A stretch of 13,053 nt of DNA from a virus. The first letter of the stretch is position 1; the number at the start of each line of letters is the position of its first letter. A program made the translations under genes and the position numbers. Positions 6,504 through 13,053 of the stretch are shown here, in pieces. Location of the stretch: positions 1 through 13,053 of IMG/VR virus record IMGVR_UViG_3300045988_152568, one strand, 5' to 3'. Below the pieces are notes generated by a model. The model saw only the letters and a list, made by a program, of their open reading frames with translations, did not search any database and was not told the origin of the DNA.

Positions 6504-7858
6504 TATTCATAATAAAATCCGCTATTCAAGTAGTTATTCACTGCTTCTTGATCTCCGGTAAACCCACTAATTTCTATGGATGCATTTCTGCATCTGAGAT
6601 AACCGTAACACGTTGAAATCTTGCGACTGTTTCCATCTGCATATCCCTCACCTGTACCGTTTGGCTCTGTGCTCATTCTTGTATAGCATATTACGGATGC
6701 GTCAAGATTATTGAGGATTCCACCAACCGAGCCAATAGAACCAATACTTGTGACTTCCGGTGATAAAATGGATTGCGTAGTGTTAAGTACACCGGAAGAT
6801 ACACCGAGTGCATTTCCTGTCATAGCTGACGAGACGGTTGAAAGTCCACCAATTAATGCGTCACCAATGTTGACATTTGCACCTGCTATGTTTACCGGTA
6901 CTGTCATCTGACATTGATAGTGTCCTATTACAGATGATCCAGATTTCAACCAAACATCTGAAATTCCGGAATAGGCGTCAAAGTAGTAGTCTGCTATTAA
7001 CTGTCCATTATTCGTTTTTGTTATGTCAACCGGAATAACTCCAATGCAAGGAAGTTGTACAAAGTAACGACTAAAATTACCATTGTAAAAACGAAAATCT
7101 GTATTAGAATAAAGTGGATTAGTCAGTTCAAGATTATAGGAAAAATGAACCACCGGACTATTTGAAGCACCACCAATCAATAAAGCTTGTACACCGGAAC
7201 GCCAATAGCCTAGATTTACATCATTCATTATTGATAAAAAATTACTTGAGCGAAAGGGTAGCCATTTTAAATCAATAATGTATTTTGCAGGATCGAAAAG
7301 AAACTTTGTAGTTGCGTTCTCAATCAGTTCTTGGAAGTTATCAGCCGTATACATGAAACTCACAATCAAACCTAACTGTTTTTCCGTAACATAGTAAGTT
7401 TCAACCCCTGCCGCACCTACGACACGCATGATATAGTTACCGGCGTATCCATTAACAAATACATTGAGAGGCCGTGCAACGATAGTGTCCTGCTTCTGCC
7501 AGTCCTCAGTGGGTAAATAAAGCGGATCATCAAGCAAAGGGTCTTGATGATTTGATCGCTCAATAAAGCATGTATATTCGCCTATTTCATTTTTATAAGT
7601 TGCCAAGATGTCCTCAGTACAAGTTATTTCCGTCTGTCCTGCGTTGATTGACGTAGTTGAATCAATGAAATAATAGTGATCAGCCCATTTGCAATAGTTA
7701 AACTGTAGCATATCGTTCATTGGTCTTTGCAAAATAAACGTAGGACTTTGAAATGTAGTTGTAATTTTTAAAAGGCAGGGGACTTCTGTCCCCTGCCTTG
7801 TAGGACGTTTTGTGCTGTTTTTTCTTTTCGAAAAATGATACAAAACTATTTCTGTCAT
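6503..7858 (-). CDS. Tail knob / distal tail tube protein, phi29 gp9-like
   Basis: 451 aa from ATG 7858, which overlaps the endolysin TGA as ATGA. The longer track ORF to 7921 starts at a non-ATG codon inside the endolysin gene. The N-terminal pattern NYCKWADHYYFIDSTTSINAGQTEITCTEDILATY resembles the gp9-type pattern (aromatic-rich, then N..T.I.FE.D.LQT). There is a C-proximal Gly/Ser/Ala-rich hydrophobic stretch. Confidence 0.55.
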   Translation of the reverse strand: MTEIVLYHFSKRKNSTKRPTRQGTEVPCLLKITTTFQSPTFILQRPMNDMLQFNYCKWADHYYFIDSTTSINAGQTEITCTEDILATYKNEIGEYTCFIERSNHQDPLLDDPLYLPTEDWQKQDTIVARPLNVFVNGYAGNYIMRVVGAAGVETYYVTEKQLGLIVSFMYTADNFQELIENATTKFLFDPAKYIIDLKWLPFRSSNFLSIMNDVNLGYWRSGVQALLIGGASNSPVVHFSYNLELTNPLYSNTDFRFYNGNFSRYFVQLPCIGVIPVDITKTNNGQLIADYYFDAYSGISDVWLKSGSSVIGHYQCQMTVPVNIAGANVNIGDALIGGLSTVSSAMTGNALGVSSGVLNTTQSILSPEVTSIGSIGSVGGILNNLDASVICYTRMSTEPNGTGEGYADGNSRKISTCYGYLRCRNASIEISGFTGDQEAVNNYLNSGFYYE

Positions 7859-8502
7859 GATAAGTAAATCTCCCCCTTTGAAGTAATGGCACAGATCCAA
7901 CCGGATGGAATACGAACCCATAAAGCACCGGATTCATCCTGTTTCATGTCTTTGACCGTAACTTCTGTTCCTTTTTTCAAGCATCCATCGGAATAAGCAT
8001 GTTTCATAGCATCCATTGTCAGCTGTGAGTATTCTTTGATCTGACCCCAAACGCAAAATCGAACATGTAAATGATCAACCTGTGTACGGTAAGTCCGTCC
8101 TACTACGTATGATGGACTTGAATCCCATACCCTGCGGACACAGACAAGATCATGCCGGCGAGTTACAGGAGAGATCACAACTCCTGTGCCTGGATTATCT
8201 GCCGTGTTTTTACGACTGCCCCGGCTTTCAATCATTTTTCCATATCCAATGTAAATGGCACAATGAGTAACAGGAGATCCGAAGAATAAGAAATCACCGG
8301 GCTTCTGCTGACCAACCGGAATTCTAACACCCATGTTTGAATAAGTTGCCGCGTTATATCGTCCAACCTCTGAGCCAGCTGTCCTCTGGATCCAGTAAAT
8401 CAATCCGGAACAGTCAAGACCCTGTGCAGGGGTTGAGCCACCCCACACATAAGGAGTACCAATTAAATTATGAGCATATACTACAAGTTCATTTGCTGTC
8501 AT
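7855..8502 (-). CDS. Endolysin: NlpC/P60 endopeptidase plus C-terminal SH3-like wall-binding domain
   Basis: 215 aa from ATG 8502, with a TAGGTG RBS overlapping the holin stop (the track start at 8520 is TTG). NlpC/P60 signatures are PYVWGG, GLDCSGL (catalytic Cys) and THCAIYIG (His). The C-terminal part of about 70 aa (GTEVTVKD...GALWVRIPSGWI) looks SH3b-like. Confidence 0.85.
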   Translation of the reverse strand: MTANELVVYAHNLIGTPYVWGGSTPAQGLDCSGLIYWIQRTAGSEVGRYNAATYSNMGVRIPVGQQKPGDFLFFGSPVTHCAIYIGYGKMIESRGSRKNTADNPGTGVVISPVTRRHDLVCVRRVWDSSPSYVVGRTYRTQVDHLHVRFCVWGQIKEYSQLTMDAMKHAYSDGCLKKGTEVTVKDMKQDESGALWVRIPSGWICAITSKGEIYLS

Positions 8503-8509
8503 ATAGCAC

Positions 8510-8734
8510 CTACTTTCCAATTTGTTCGATTAATGTGTTCATTTTTTCCAGAGCGATCGTGTTATTTTTGATTACTTCTGAAAGCGTGTCAACTTCGTTT
8601 TTGTGTTCTTCGTTGAGTTTATCAACTCTTGCATTCGTCTGGTCGTACATGTATTTGACAAAGTATGCCATGCCAATACAACAAACGATAGGGAATGCAT
8701 AGTTTCCCAAAACTGTTAAAATTGTGTCTGTCAT
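8510..8734 (-). CDS. Holin (BhlA/UviB-like architecture)
   Basis: 74 aa with a single N-terminal hydrophobic helix (ILTVLGNYAFPIVCCIGMAYFV) followed by a charged coiled C-terminus. It lies immediately upstream of the endolysin. RBS is AAGGAGA. Confidence 0.65.
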   Translation of the reverse strand: MTDTILTVLGNYAFPIVCCIGMAYFVKYMYDQTNARVDKLNEEHKNEVDTLSEVIKNNTIALEKMNTLIEQIGK

Positions 8735-8741
8735 GTTTTTA

Positions 8742-9059
8742 TTATCTCCTTATAAAATAATCCTGATTATAGGGCGATAGAGGTACATTGTCAATCATGA
8801 TTACTACTGTTGCCACTACTTTCGGATTATTATTTACTAATTTGAACGTACTAGCGTTTGGATAACCATTATAGGATTCAAATTTCAATTCATAAATTGT
8901 ACTAACTGAATTTGTTGAAAAAAGTTCATAATCACCATAAAACAATGTAACATCTTCATTTTTTGTAGTTATTACAAGCCGTCTTACTCCGATGGATTCA
9001 AAGGGAAAATTTACTACGATCGAACCGCCAGCCGGTACATTTTGTCTTGAATAAAACAT
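8742..9059 (-). CDS. Hypothetical beta-rich protein after the capsid gene (possible head decoration/fibre or other virion protein)
   Basis: 105-aa ORF whose ATG overlaps the capsid gene stop as TAATG (9057-9061). It sits where phi29 encodes the head fibre. No recognisable motif. Confidence 0.55.
   Translation of the reverse strand: MFYSRQNVPAGGSIVVNFPFESIGVRRLVITTKNEDVTLFYGDYELFSTNSVSTIYELKFESYNGYPNASTFKLVNNNPKVVATVVIMIDNVPLSPYNQDYFIRR
8766..8794 (-). promoter_or_regulatory. Perfect-consensus sigma-A promoter upstream of the holin gene
   Basis: The - strand reads TTGACA (8794-8789), a 17-nt spacer atgtacctctatcgccc, then TATAAT (8771-8766). It is embedded in the 3' end of the 105-aa ORF, about 32 nt upstream of the holin ATG. 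Confidence 0.65.
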
Positions 9060-10258
9060 TATGCTCCCCCCTCTCCAATCACATAAAGGATTCCGTTATG
9101 AGTGAAATTATTCCAGTAGTTTTTTCTGGAATGAACGTACATGTTATAGTAGCCACCCCGGCTATTGAAAGGAGTGGTAGAACTGTAGTCAAACTGCCAG
9201 TTGACACCCATTGCACGACGATCATAGAGAACACCAAGGACATAAGGTAAGTTTACCTCTGTTTTTGCCTTTTTTGCCTCACCATTCTCTCCAATGATGG
9301 ATGGTGTAATCTGGATTGCTGATTCGTTATCGGCGGACTGCCACCAATTGACAAGTTCTTTGTTCTCGATCTGTAAATTTTTATCATCAAACACATACGG
9401 TAACGTCTGAGTTTCTGAGTTGATCCAGAAGCTCGACAGCATCATAAGTCGCTGATTTTCTTTTCTTGTGAATCTCAAAAGTTTTTCAAACCCTGTAATC
9501 GTAAATCTGTACTTAGTTGATCTCTCTGTCAGTTTTTCAGAATCAAGCTTGATTCGAGCAACCACGAACGGCATAAACTTGTCACGGTGTTCAGAAAGCA
9601 ACTGTTTTCTTGTATACTGTGTTCCATTCTCTGTGTTGAACTCATGTGCAAGGTCAACTTCCATACCAAGAGCTGATAAACCTGCCATATAGTTGAGCAT
9701 GGTTGCACGACGTTCACTCTCACGATCCGTCTCAATGTCATTGCGAAACTCAATCATAACTGCTTCGTAAAATCTGAGGAATTCCCCCTCACTCGAAAAA
9801 GCAGTTGCCAGCTGGTCACGAAACCGTGTGATTGATCTCTGTAAAAGCTTTGTGCCGTAGAACTTGAGTTCAAGCACTTTCGGCTTATGAATCTTGTACA
9901 TGTCGATAGATTTACCATCATCCAATGTGTTCGGATTCTGCTCTGTATTCCAATCATCAGACTGTTCAGCGTCCATTGACAGGGACGTAATTTCGCGAAC
10001 GATACCCCCCCATCGAACATTTGTCTGCTCAACGGTCTTTAATTTACCGGTATAAGATTCATTTGAAAAATAAGTATATGCAAATACTGTGCTGATTGCA
10101 TTCAGTGTGTTTTCTACTCCTGTACGTAACAGTGTTTCCCCTACGGAAACAAAAGAGCTTGTGTCAGTCGCTACAAGATTAGAACGTCCGGTAGCCTGTT
10201 TAGCAACGGAATTGATAAGTGTATAGGCATCCTGCGGGGTTAAACTATTTACTGCCAA
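9059..10258 (-). CDS. Major capsid protein (phi29 gp8-like, HK97-fold family expected)
   Basis: 399 aa directly after the scaffold-like gene. The C-terminal NSRGGYYNMYVH resembles my recollection of the gp8 segment NPRGLYWNYYYH. It starts at TTG 10258 with an AAGGAAGTG RBS 7 nt upstream; an in-frame TGA lies 2 codons upstream and the next in-frame ATG is about 95 codons downstream. Confidence 0.75.
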   Translation of the reverse strand: MAVNSLTPQDAYTLINSVAKQATGRSNLVATDTSSFVSVGETLLRTGVENTLNAISTVFAYTYFSNESYTGKLKTVEQTNVRWGGIVREITSLSMDAEQSDDWNTEQNPNTLDDGKSIDMYKIHKPKVLELKFYGTKLLQRSITRFRDQLATAFSSEGEFLRFYEAVMIEFRNDIETDRESERRATMLNYMAGLSALGMEVDLAHEFNTENGTQYTRKQLLSEHRDKFMPFVVARIKLDSEKLTERSTKYRFTITGFEKLLRFTRKENQRLMMLSSFWINSETQTLPYVFDDKNLQIENKELVNWWQSADNESAIQITPSIIGENGEAKKAKTEVNLPYVLGVLYDRRAMGVNWQFDYSSTTPFNSRGGYYNMYVHSRKNYWNNFTHNGILYVIGEGGA

Positions 10259-10275
10259 TTTAATTCACTTCCTTT

Positions 10276-10611
<336 letters not shown>

Positions 10612-10640
10612 TTTTGTTTTTTTTCTCCTTTCTATTGAGA

Positions 10641-10756
10641 AAAAAACGGATGTTAAGGGAAATATGAAGGAAATAAAAAAAAATTAAGGGAAAACTTGCG
10701 GGTAATCATCCCTATAGCATCCGTTTCCGACGGTTGATGTAGCTGTTTTCCCTTAA
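10641..10756 (-). ncRNA. Candidate structured small RNA or terminator-containing leader between the ATPase and scaffold genes
   Basis: The 155-bp gap has no ORF. On the - strand, UUAAGGGAAAAC (10756-10745) pairs perfectly with GUUUUCCCUUAA (10695-10684) and is followed by U9 (10683-10675). AAACGGAUG (10726-10718) pairs perfectly with CAUCCGUUU (10652-10644) inside a U7 run (10646-10640). A second UUUCCCUUAA lies at 10662-10653. The two stems are interleaved. The promoter at 10761-10789 would start transcription at about 10754. Confidence 0.4.
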
Positions 10757-10760
10757 AATA

Positions 10761-10789
10761 TATATATCACAAATTGAAAATTTTATCAA
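10761..10789 (-). promoter_or_regulatory. Near-consensus extended -10 promoter at the 3' end of the ATPase gene
   Basis: The - strand reads TTGATA (10789-10784), 17-nt spacer ending in TGa (the TGA stop of the ATPase gene), then TATATA (10766-10761). There is an AT-rich upstream tract. Confidence 0.55.
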
Positions 10790-11822
10790 TATAAAATTTT
10801 ACGGTTAGGTTTTGATATGATATTCTACTACTAATAATATAGTTATATATCCATGAATAATAGTATTTAAACTGTGATTTTCCCAACTCACTGTCAGGAA
10901 AAATATCTTTACACGTTCCGGAAATATGATCGCTTATGTAAAGTTTAACTTCTTTTTTGTGTTCGTAAACTCCAATAGCCCCAATTACACAAATCAACCG
11001 GTAGTTTCTCAAATCTTCTGACTTTATAGAACTCGTATCATCATATGCAAAGTCATTGTCAAGAGACATTTTTTCAAAATCTGTACTTCCGGTAAGAGCC
11101 TTATAAAGTGCTGTCTTTCTTTTCTTTTCTGAAATGGGGCTTTTATTAATCAAAATAATGATTATTCCACGGTCTTTTAACATGGAAAACTCCTGTCCGG
11201 ACTTCTTCATTTTTTCCAAGTTCGGAAGCAATCCGAAAGACTGAATAAGCGGGGAATCAAGTGTGTTACTATTTGAAACGATCCACCAACGAAAAGGTTT
11301 TTGACCAAATAACTCACGGTTGGCAGAAATTGTTTCCACTCCGTTTAAAAAAGCATCCTCTTCTCCTTTGATTCTTTTGTCAAGCTTCTCCGGGATAAAC
11401 TCGTCATAGATTCCTTCCGAAAAACCGGATCCAGAGAATCCCCTATTATTCATCAGACTAGTAAGACTAAATGCTTCTCCATGATAAACTTCCTCTCCTG
11501 CTTCATTGATCTCTTGCAAGGATACCCGGCTTTTTTCACCCTTTACCTTTTTGAAAAAGAAATTTCTGTGAAGATCGTGATTTATGTCAATCCACGGATT
11601 CATTGTATCAATCAGAACGGAATCTATTTGAGTAGTTTTTCGTCTCATATAGATTACTTTTTCATTTTTTGAAAAAACATCTTCAATGAAATGTTTAAAG
11701 ATTCCATAGGTTTTTCCGGTGCGACGAGCACCTATAATAAAGATAAAATTTATTTCATTTTTTTCACAGGTATTCACGATTTTTGGGATATTCAGCCATC
11801 CATCTTTTTCGTATATATTCAT
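10767..11822 (-). CDS. DNA encapsidation (packaging) ATPase, phi29 gp16-like
   Basis: 351 aa (gp16 is about 332 aa). The N-terminal FIIGARRTGKTY...VIYMRR closely mirrors my recollection of the gp16 pattern VIGARGIGKSY...FIYVRR, a Walker A with the characteristic Arg. Walker B-like motif is GIYDEFIPE. RBS is AAAGGAG. Confidence 0.9.
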   Translation of the reverse strand: MNIYEKDGWLNIPKIVNTCEKNEINFIFIIGARRTGKTYGIFKHFIEDVFSKNEKVIYMRRKTTQIDSVLIDTMNPWIDINHDLHRNFFFKKVKGEKSRVSLQEINEAGEEVYHGEAFSLTSLMNNRGFSGSGFSEGIYDEFIPEKLDKRIKGEEDAFLNGVETISANRELFGQKPFRWWIVSNSNTLDSPLIQSFGLLPNLEKMKKSGQEFSMLKDRGIIIILINKSPISEKKRKTALYKALTGSTDFEKMSLDNDFAYDDTSSIKSEDLRNYRLICVIGAIGVYEHKKEVKLYISDHISGTCKDIFPDSELGKSQFKYYYSWIYNYIISSRISYQNLTVKFYIDKIFNL

Positions 11823-11838
11823 TGATACTCCTTTACTG

Positions 11839-11866
11839 AAAAAAGGTGTACTAAATAGTACACCTT
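11839..11866 (-). terminator. Intrinsic terminator after the SpoVG-like gene
   Basis: The - strand reads AAGGUGUACUA-UU-UAGUACACCUU followed by a U-run (CCUUUUUUC). It lies between the stop at 11874 and the ATPase RBS. On the + strand a T-run also follows, so it may act in both directions. Confidence 0.65.
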
Positions 11867-11873
11867 ATATTTT

Positions 11874-12170
11874 TTATGAAAACTGCTGTTTGTTTGAGCT
11901 GCCAGAATCCTTGCAGACTTCATTGTATTTTTTAATACAAGCTTTTTCTAACTGACTTGTAAACTCTTTATCCATTGAGTAGACTGAATCATGATAATCA
12001 CCGTCTTTACTTTTGGATGACGGAAACGAAAGGAATAATTTGTTTGAATACTCTACAAGTCTCAACCCCCTTATTACAAGCGTTTCGTCAAGACATAAAC
12101 TAATAAAAGCCTTTGTTTTACTGTTGCCATCATAAGGATAGCAATTGATTTTGATAGATGATTTTAACAT
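11874..12170 (-). CDS. spoVG: SpoVG-family nucleic-acid-binding protein homologue
   Basis: 98 aa. The segment DGNSKTKAFISLCLDETLVIRGLRLVEYSNKLFLSFPSSKSKDGDYHDSVYSM aligns by eye with my recollection of the Bacillus SpoVG core [51 protein letters not shown]. Shared positions are DG, KA, S, LD, V, R, LF, PS, K, DG, D. RBS is AAAAGGAG. Confidence 0.75.
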   Translation of the reverse strand: MLKSSIKINCYPYDGNSKTKAFISLCLDETLVIRGLRLVEYSNKLFLSFPSSKSKDGDYHDSVYSMDKEFTSQLEKACIKKYNEVCKDSGSSNKQQFS

Positions 12171-12184
12171 GATATTTTCTCCTT

Positions 12185-12364
12185 TTATTTACATAATCTT
12201 CTTGTTGGTTCAACCAGTTTCCAATTTGATGGTGCTGTCTCTTTTATAAAAATACAGCAATCATCACTATCAATGAGTGGGCATCCCTCGCATGTATTGT
12301 CTTTTGACGCACAATAATCTTTTATAGTAAGTAATGCATCATATAATTCATAAATTGATTTCAT
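12185..12364 (-). CDS. Small Cys-rich hypothetical protein (59 aa), not in the supplied ORF track
   Basis: ATG 12364 overlaps the upstream TGA as ATGA, and the TAA stop is at 12185-12187. Translation: MKSIYELYDALLTIKDYCASKDNTCEGCPLIDSDDCCIFIKETAPSNWKLVEPTRRLCK. It has six Cys, including CxxC and CC. It fills the otherwise empty gap between two genes and ends just before the SpoVG RBS. Confidence 0.5.
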   Translation of the reverse strand: MKSIYELYDALLTIKDYCASKDNTCEGCPLIDSDDCCIFIKETAPSNWKLVEPTRRLCK

Positions 12365-12813
12365 TTTTTCAAACTCACCTCACATTCTACTAATAAATTA
12401 TATTCACTTGGGGCTGTGAGTAACTGCGTGACGTCATAAACATACGAGTCATTTTTTCTTAACAATGTATAAACTTCTGACAGATATTCTACATCTACGG
12501 CTCTTTTGCATAAAACACCGTTTATGTACAGATCAAAACGTCTTGAACATATCATACTAGATATTTCAGAAAAAGTAATATGTTTATGAATAGGGGTTTC
12601 CGTATCTTTATAAAACACACCAATTGTATCATTTATGCAATCAGATAATGTTGGAACTTTATTAATAAAAATAAGCTCACCCGGATAAACGTACTCTTCT
12701 TTATCTTCATCAACAAAAGTTGATTCATAAGTGGCAATATGTACAGTAAACATATTGCTTGCGTCACCTTTTCTTTCTCTTAATTTGATTCTACAAGATT
12801 TTAATTTAAACAT
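12361..12813 (-). CDS. Hypothetical early protein (150 aa)
   Basis: ATG 12813 has a strong AAGGAGAG RBS. It is the first gene downstream of the right ITR promoter. No recognisable motif. Confidence 0.7.
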   Translation of the reverse strand: MFKLKSCRIKLRERKGDASNMFTVHIATYESTFVDEDKEEYVYPGELIFINKVPTLSDCINDTIGVFYKDTETPIHKHITFSEISSMICSRRFDLYINGVLCKRAVDVEYLSEVYTLLRKNDSYVYDVTQLLTAPSEYNLLVECEVSLKK

Positions 12814-12856
12814 TTTTTCTCTCCTTTACATATTTGCTATTTATTTGTTCAAGATC

Positions 12857-12885
12857 ATAGTACCAGTTTTGCATATAAAAGTCAA
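12857..12885 (-). promoter_or_regulatory. Inward-facing early promoter in right ITR (identical copy)
   Basis: Same TTGACT-N17-TGgTACTAT read on the - strand (-35 at 12885-12880, -10 at 12862-12857). It lies about 45 nt upstream of the ATG at 12813, which has an AAGGAGAG RBS. Confidence 0.65.
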
Positions 12886-12921
12886 CAGTTTCATAACAAA
12901 GTGTTAAAGTCAGACAGATTG

Positions 12922-12948
12922 ATTAATTGTCAGAATTGTCAGAATTGT
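12922..12948. repeat. Mirror copy of the 9-bp tandem repeat inside the right ITR
   Basis: Reverse complement of 106-132, because the ITRs are identical. Confidence 0.8.
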
Positions 12949-13053
12949 TTCTAATTTTCACACAATTTGTATAATTGTCTGACAAGTTGGGGAATTTGCA
13001 TGAATTGTCATATCTTCTTGAGCTTTTTTAGCATCATCTTCTGTGATAGATTT

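Larger units (their letters stand above)
12857..13053. repeat. Right inverted terminal repeat (197 bp)
   Basis: Exact reverse complement of 1-197. Confidence 0.95.

Noticed and set aside
7859-7921. Longer N-terminus of the tail-knob ORF (track start 7921), and the 79-aa ORF 7698-7937
   Set aside because: Both start with non-ATG codons inside the endolysin gene. ATG 7858 forms an ATGA overlap with the endolysin stop, a pattern used elsewhere in this genome.
7941-8005. Partial copies (8-10 nt) of the ATGTTTCA palindrome half-site inside the endolysin gene
   Set aside because: They encode Met-Lys-Gln/His on the - strand and lack the second half of the dyad, so coding constraint explains them.
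8503-8520. Endolysin start at 8520
   Set aside because: It is a TTG overlapping the holin 3' end. ATG 8502 has a TAGGTG RBS and begins right after the holin stop.
1212-9753. Antisense or shadow ORFs from the track (1212-1418-, 2649-2924-, 3626-3823+, 4539-4766+, 5626-5943+, 6711-6911+, 8082-8270+, 8337-8702+, 9047-9250+, 9468-9692+, 9529-9753-, 9754-10032-)
   Set aside because: Each lies entirely within, and mostly opposite to, a long ORF with recognisable motifs. None has a Shine-Dalgarno sequence, and their compositions are typical of antisense reading of AT-rich genes.
11481-11955. Plus-strand ORFs 11481-11672 and 11719-11955
   Set aside because: They are antisense to the ATPase and SpoVG-like genes, and the second runs straight through the terminator hairpin. 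No RBS is present.

Overview
The window appears to be one complete linear 13,053-bp dsDNA genome of a very small phi29-like (protein-primed) podophage. The host is probably an AT-rich Gram-positive (Firmicutes-type) bacterium. The genome is bounded by perfect 197-bp inverted terminal repeats (ITRs) that begin 5'-AAA. Each ITR carries an inward-facing near-consensus sigma-A promoter whose -10 box ends exactly at the ITR boundary. The left arm (+ strand) holds three small ORFs, a putative terminal protein and a protein-primed family-B DNA polymerase. The right arm (- strand) starts with three small early genes: a 150-aa orphan, an unlisted 59-aa Cys-rich ORF and a SpoVG-like protein. An intrinsic terminator follows, then a gp16-like encapsidation ATPase and a 155-bp structured non-coding region. 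Next come a scaffold-like protein carrying a perfect (QN)21 tract, the major capsid protein and a 105-aa protein. The arm ends with holin, NlpC/P60-SH3 endolysin, tail knob, portal, lower collar and an SGNH-esterase tail fibre. The two arms converge on a double palindrome at 3557-3606. The most interesting item is the ATPase-scaffold intergenic region. It has its own extended -10 promoter, interleaved perfect stems and two U-tracts, so it is either a small packaging/regulatory RNA or an antitermination-dependent leader. Other items worth a second look are a perfect-consensus promoter in front of the holin, an 18-nt palindrome placed on two stop codons, repeat arrays in the ITRs, and the phage-borne SpoVG homologue. 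All functional calls rest on motif recognition by eye, gene order and size; no database search was possible.
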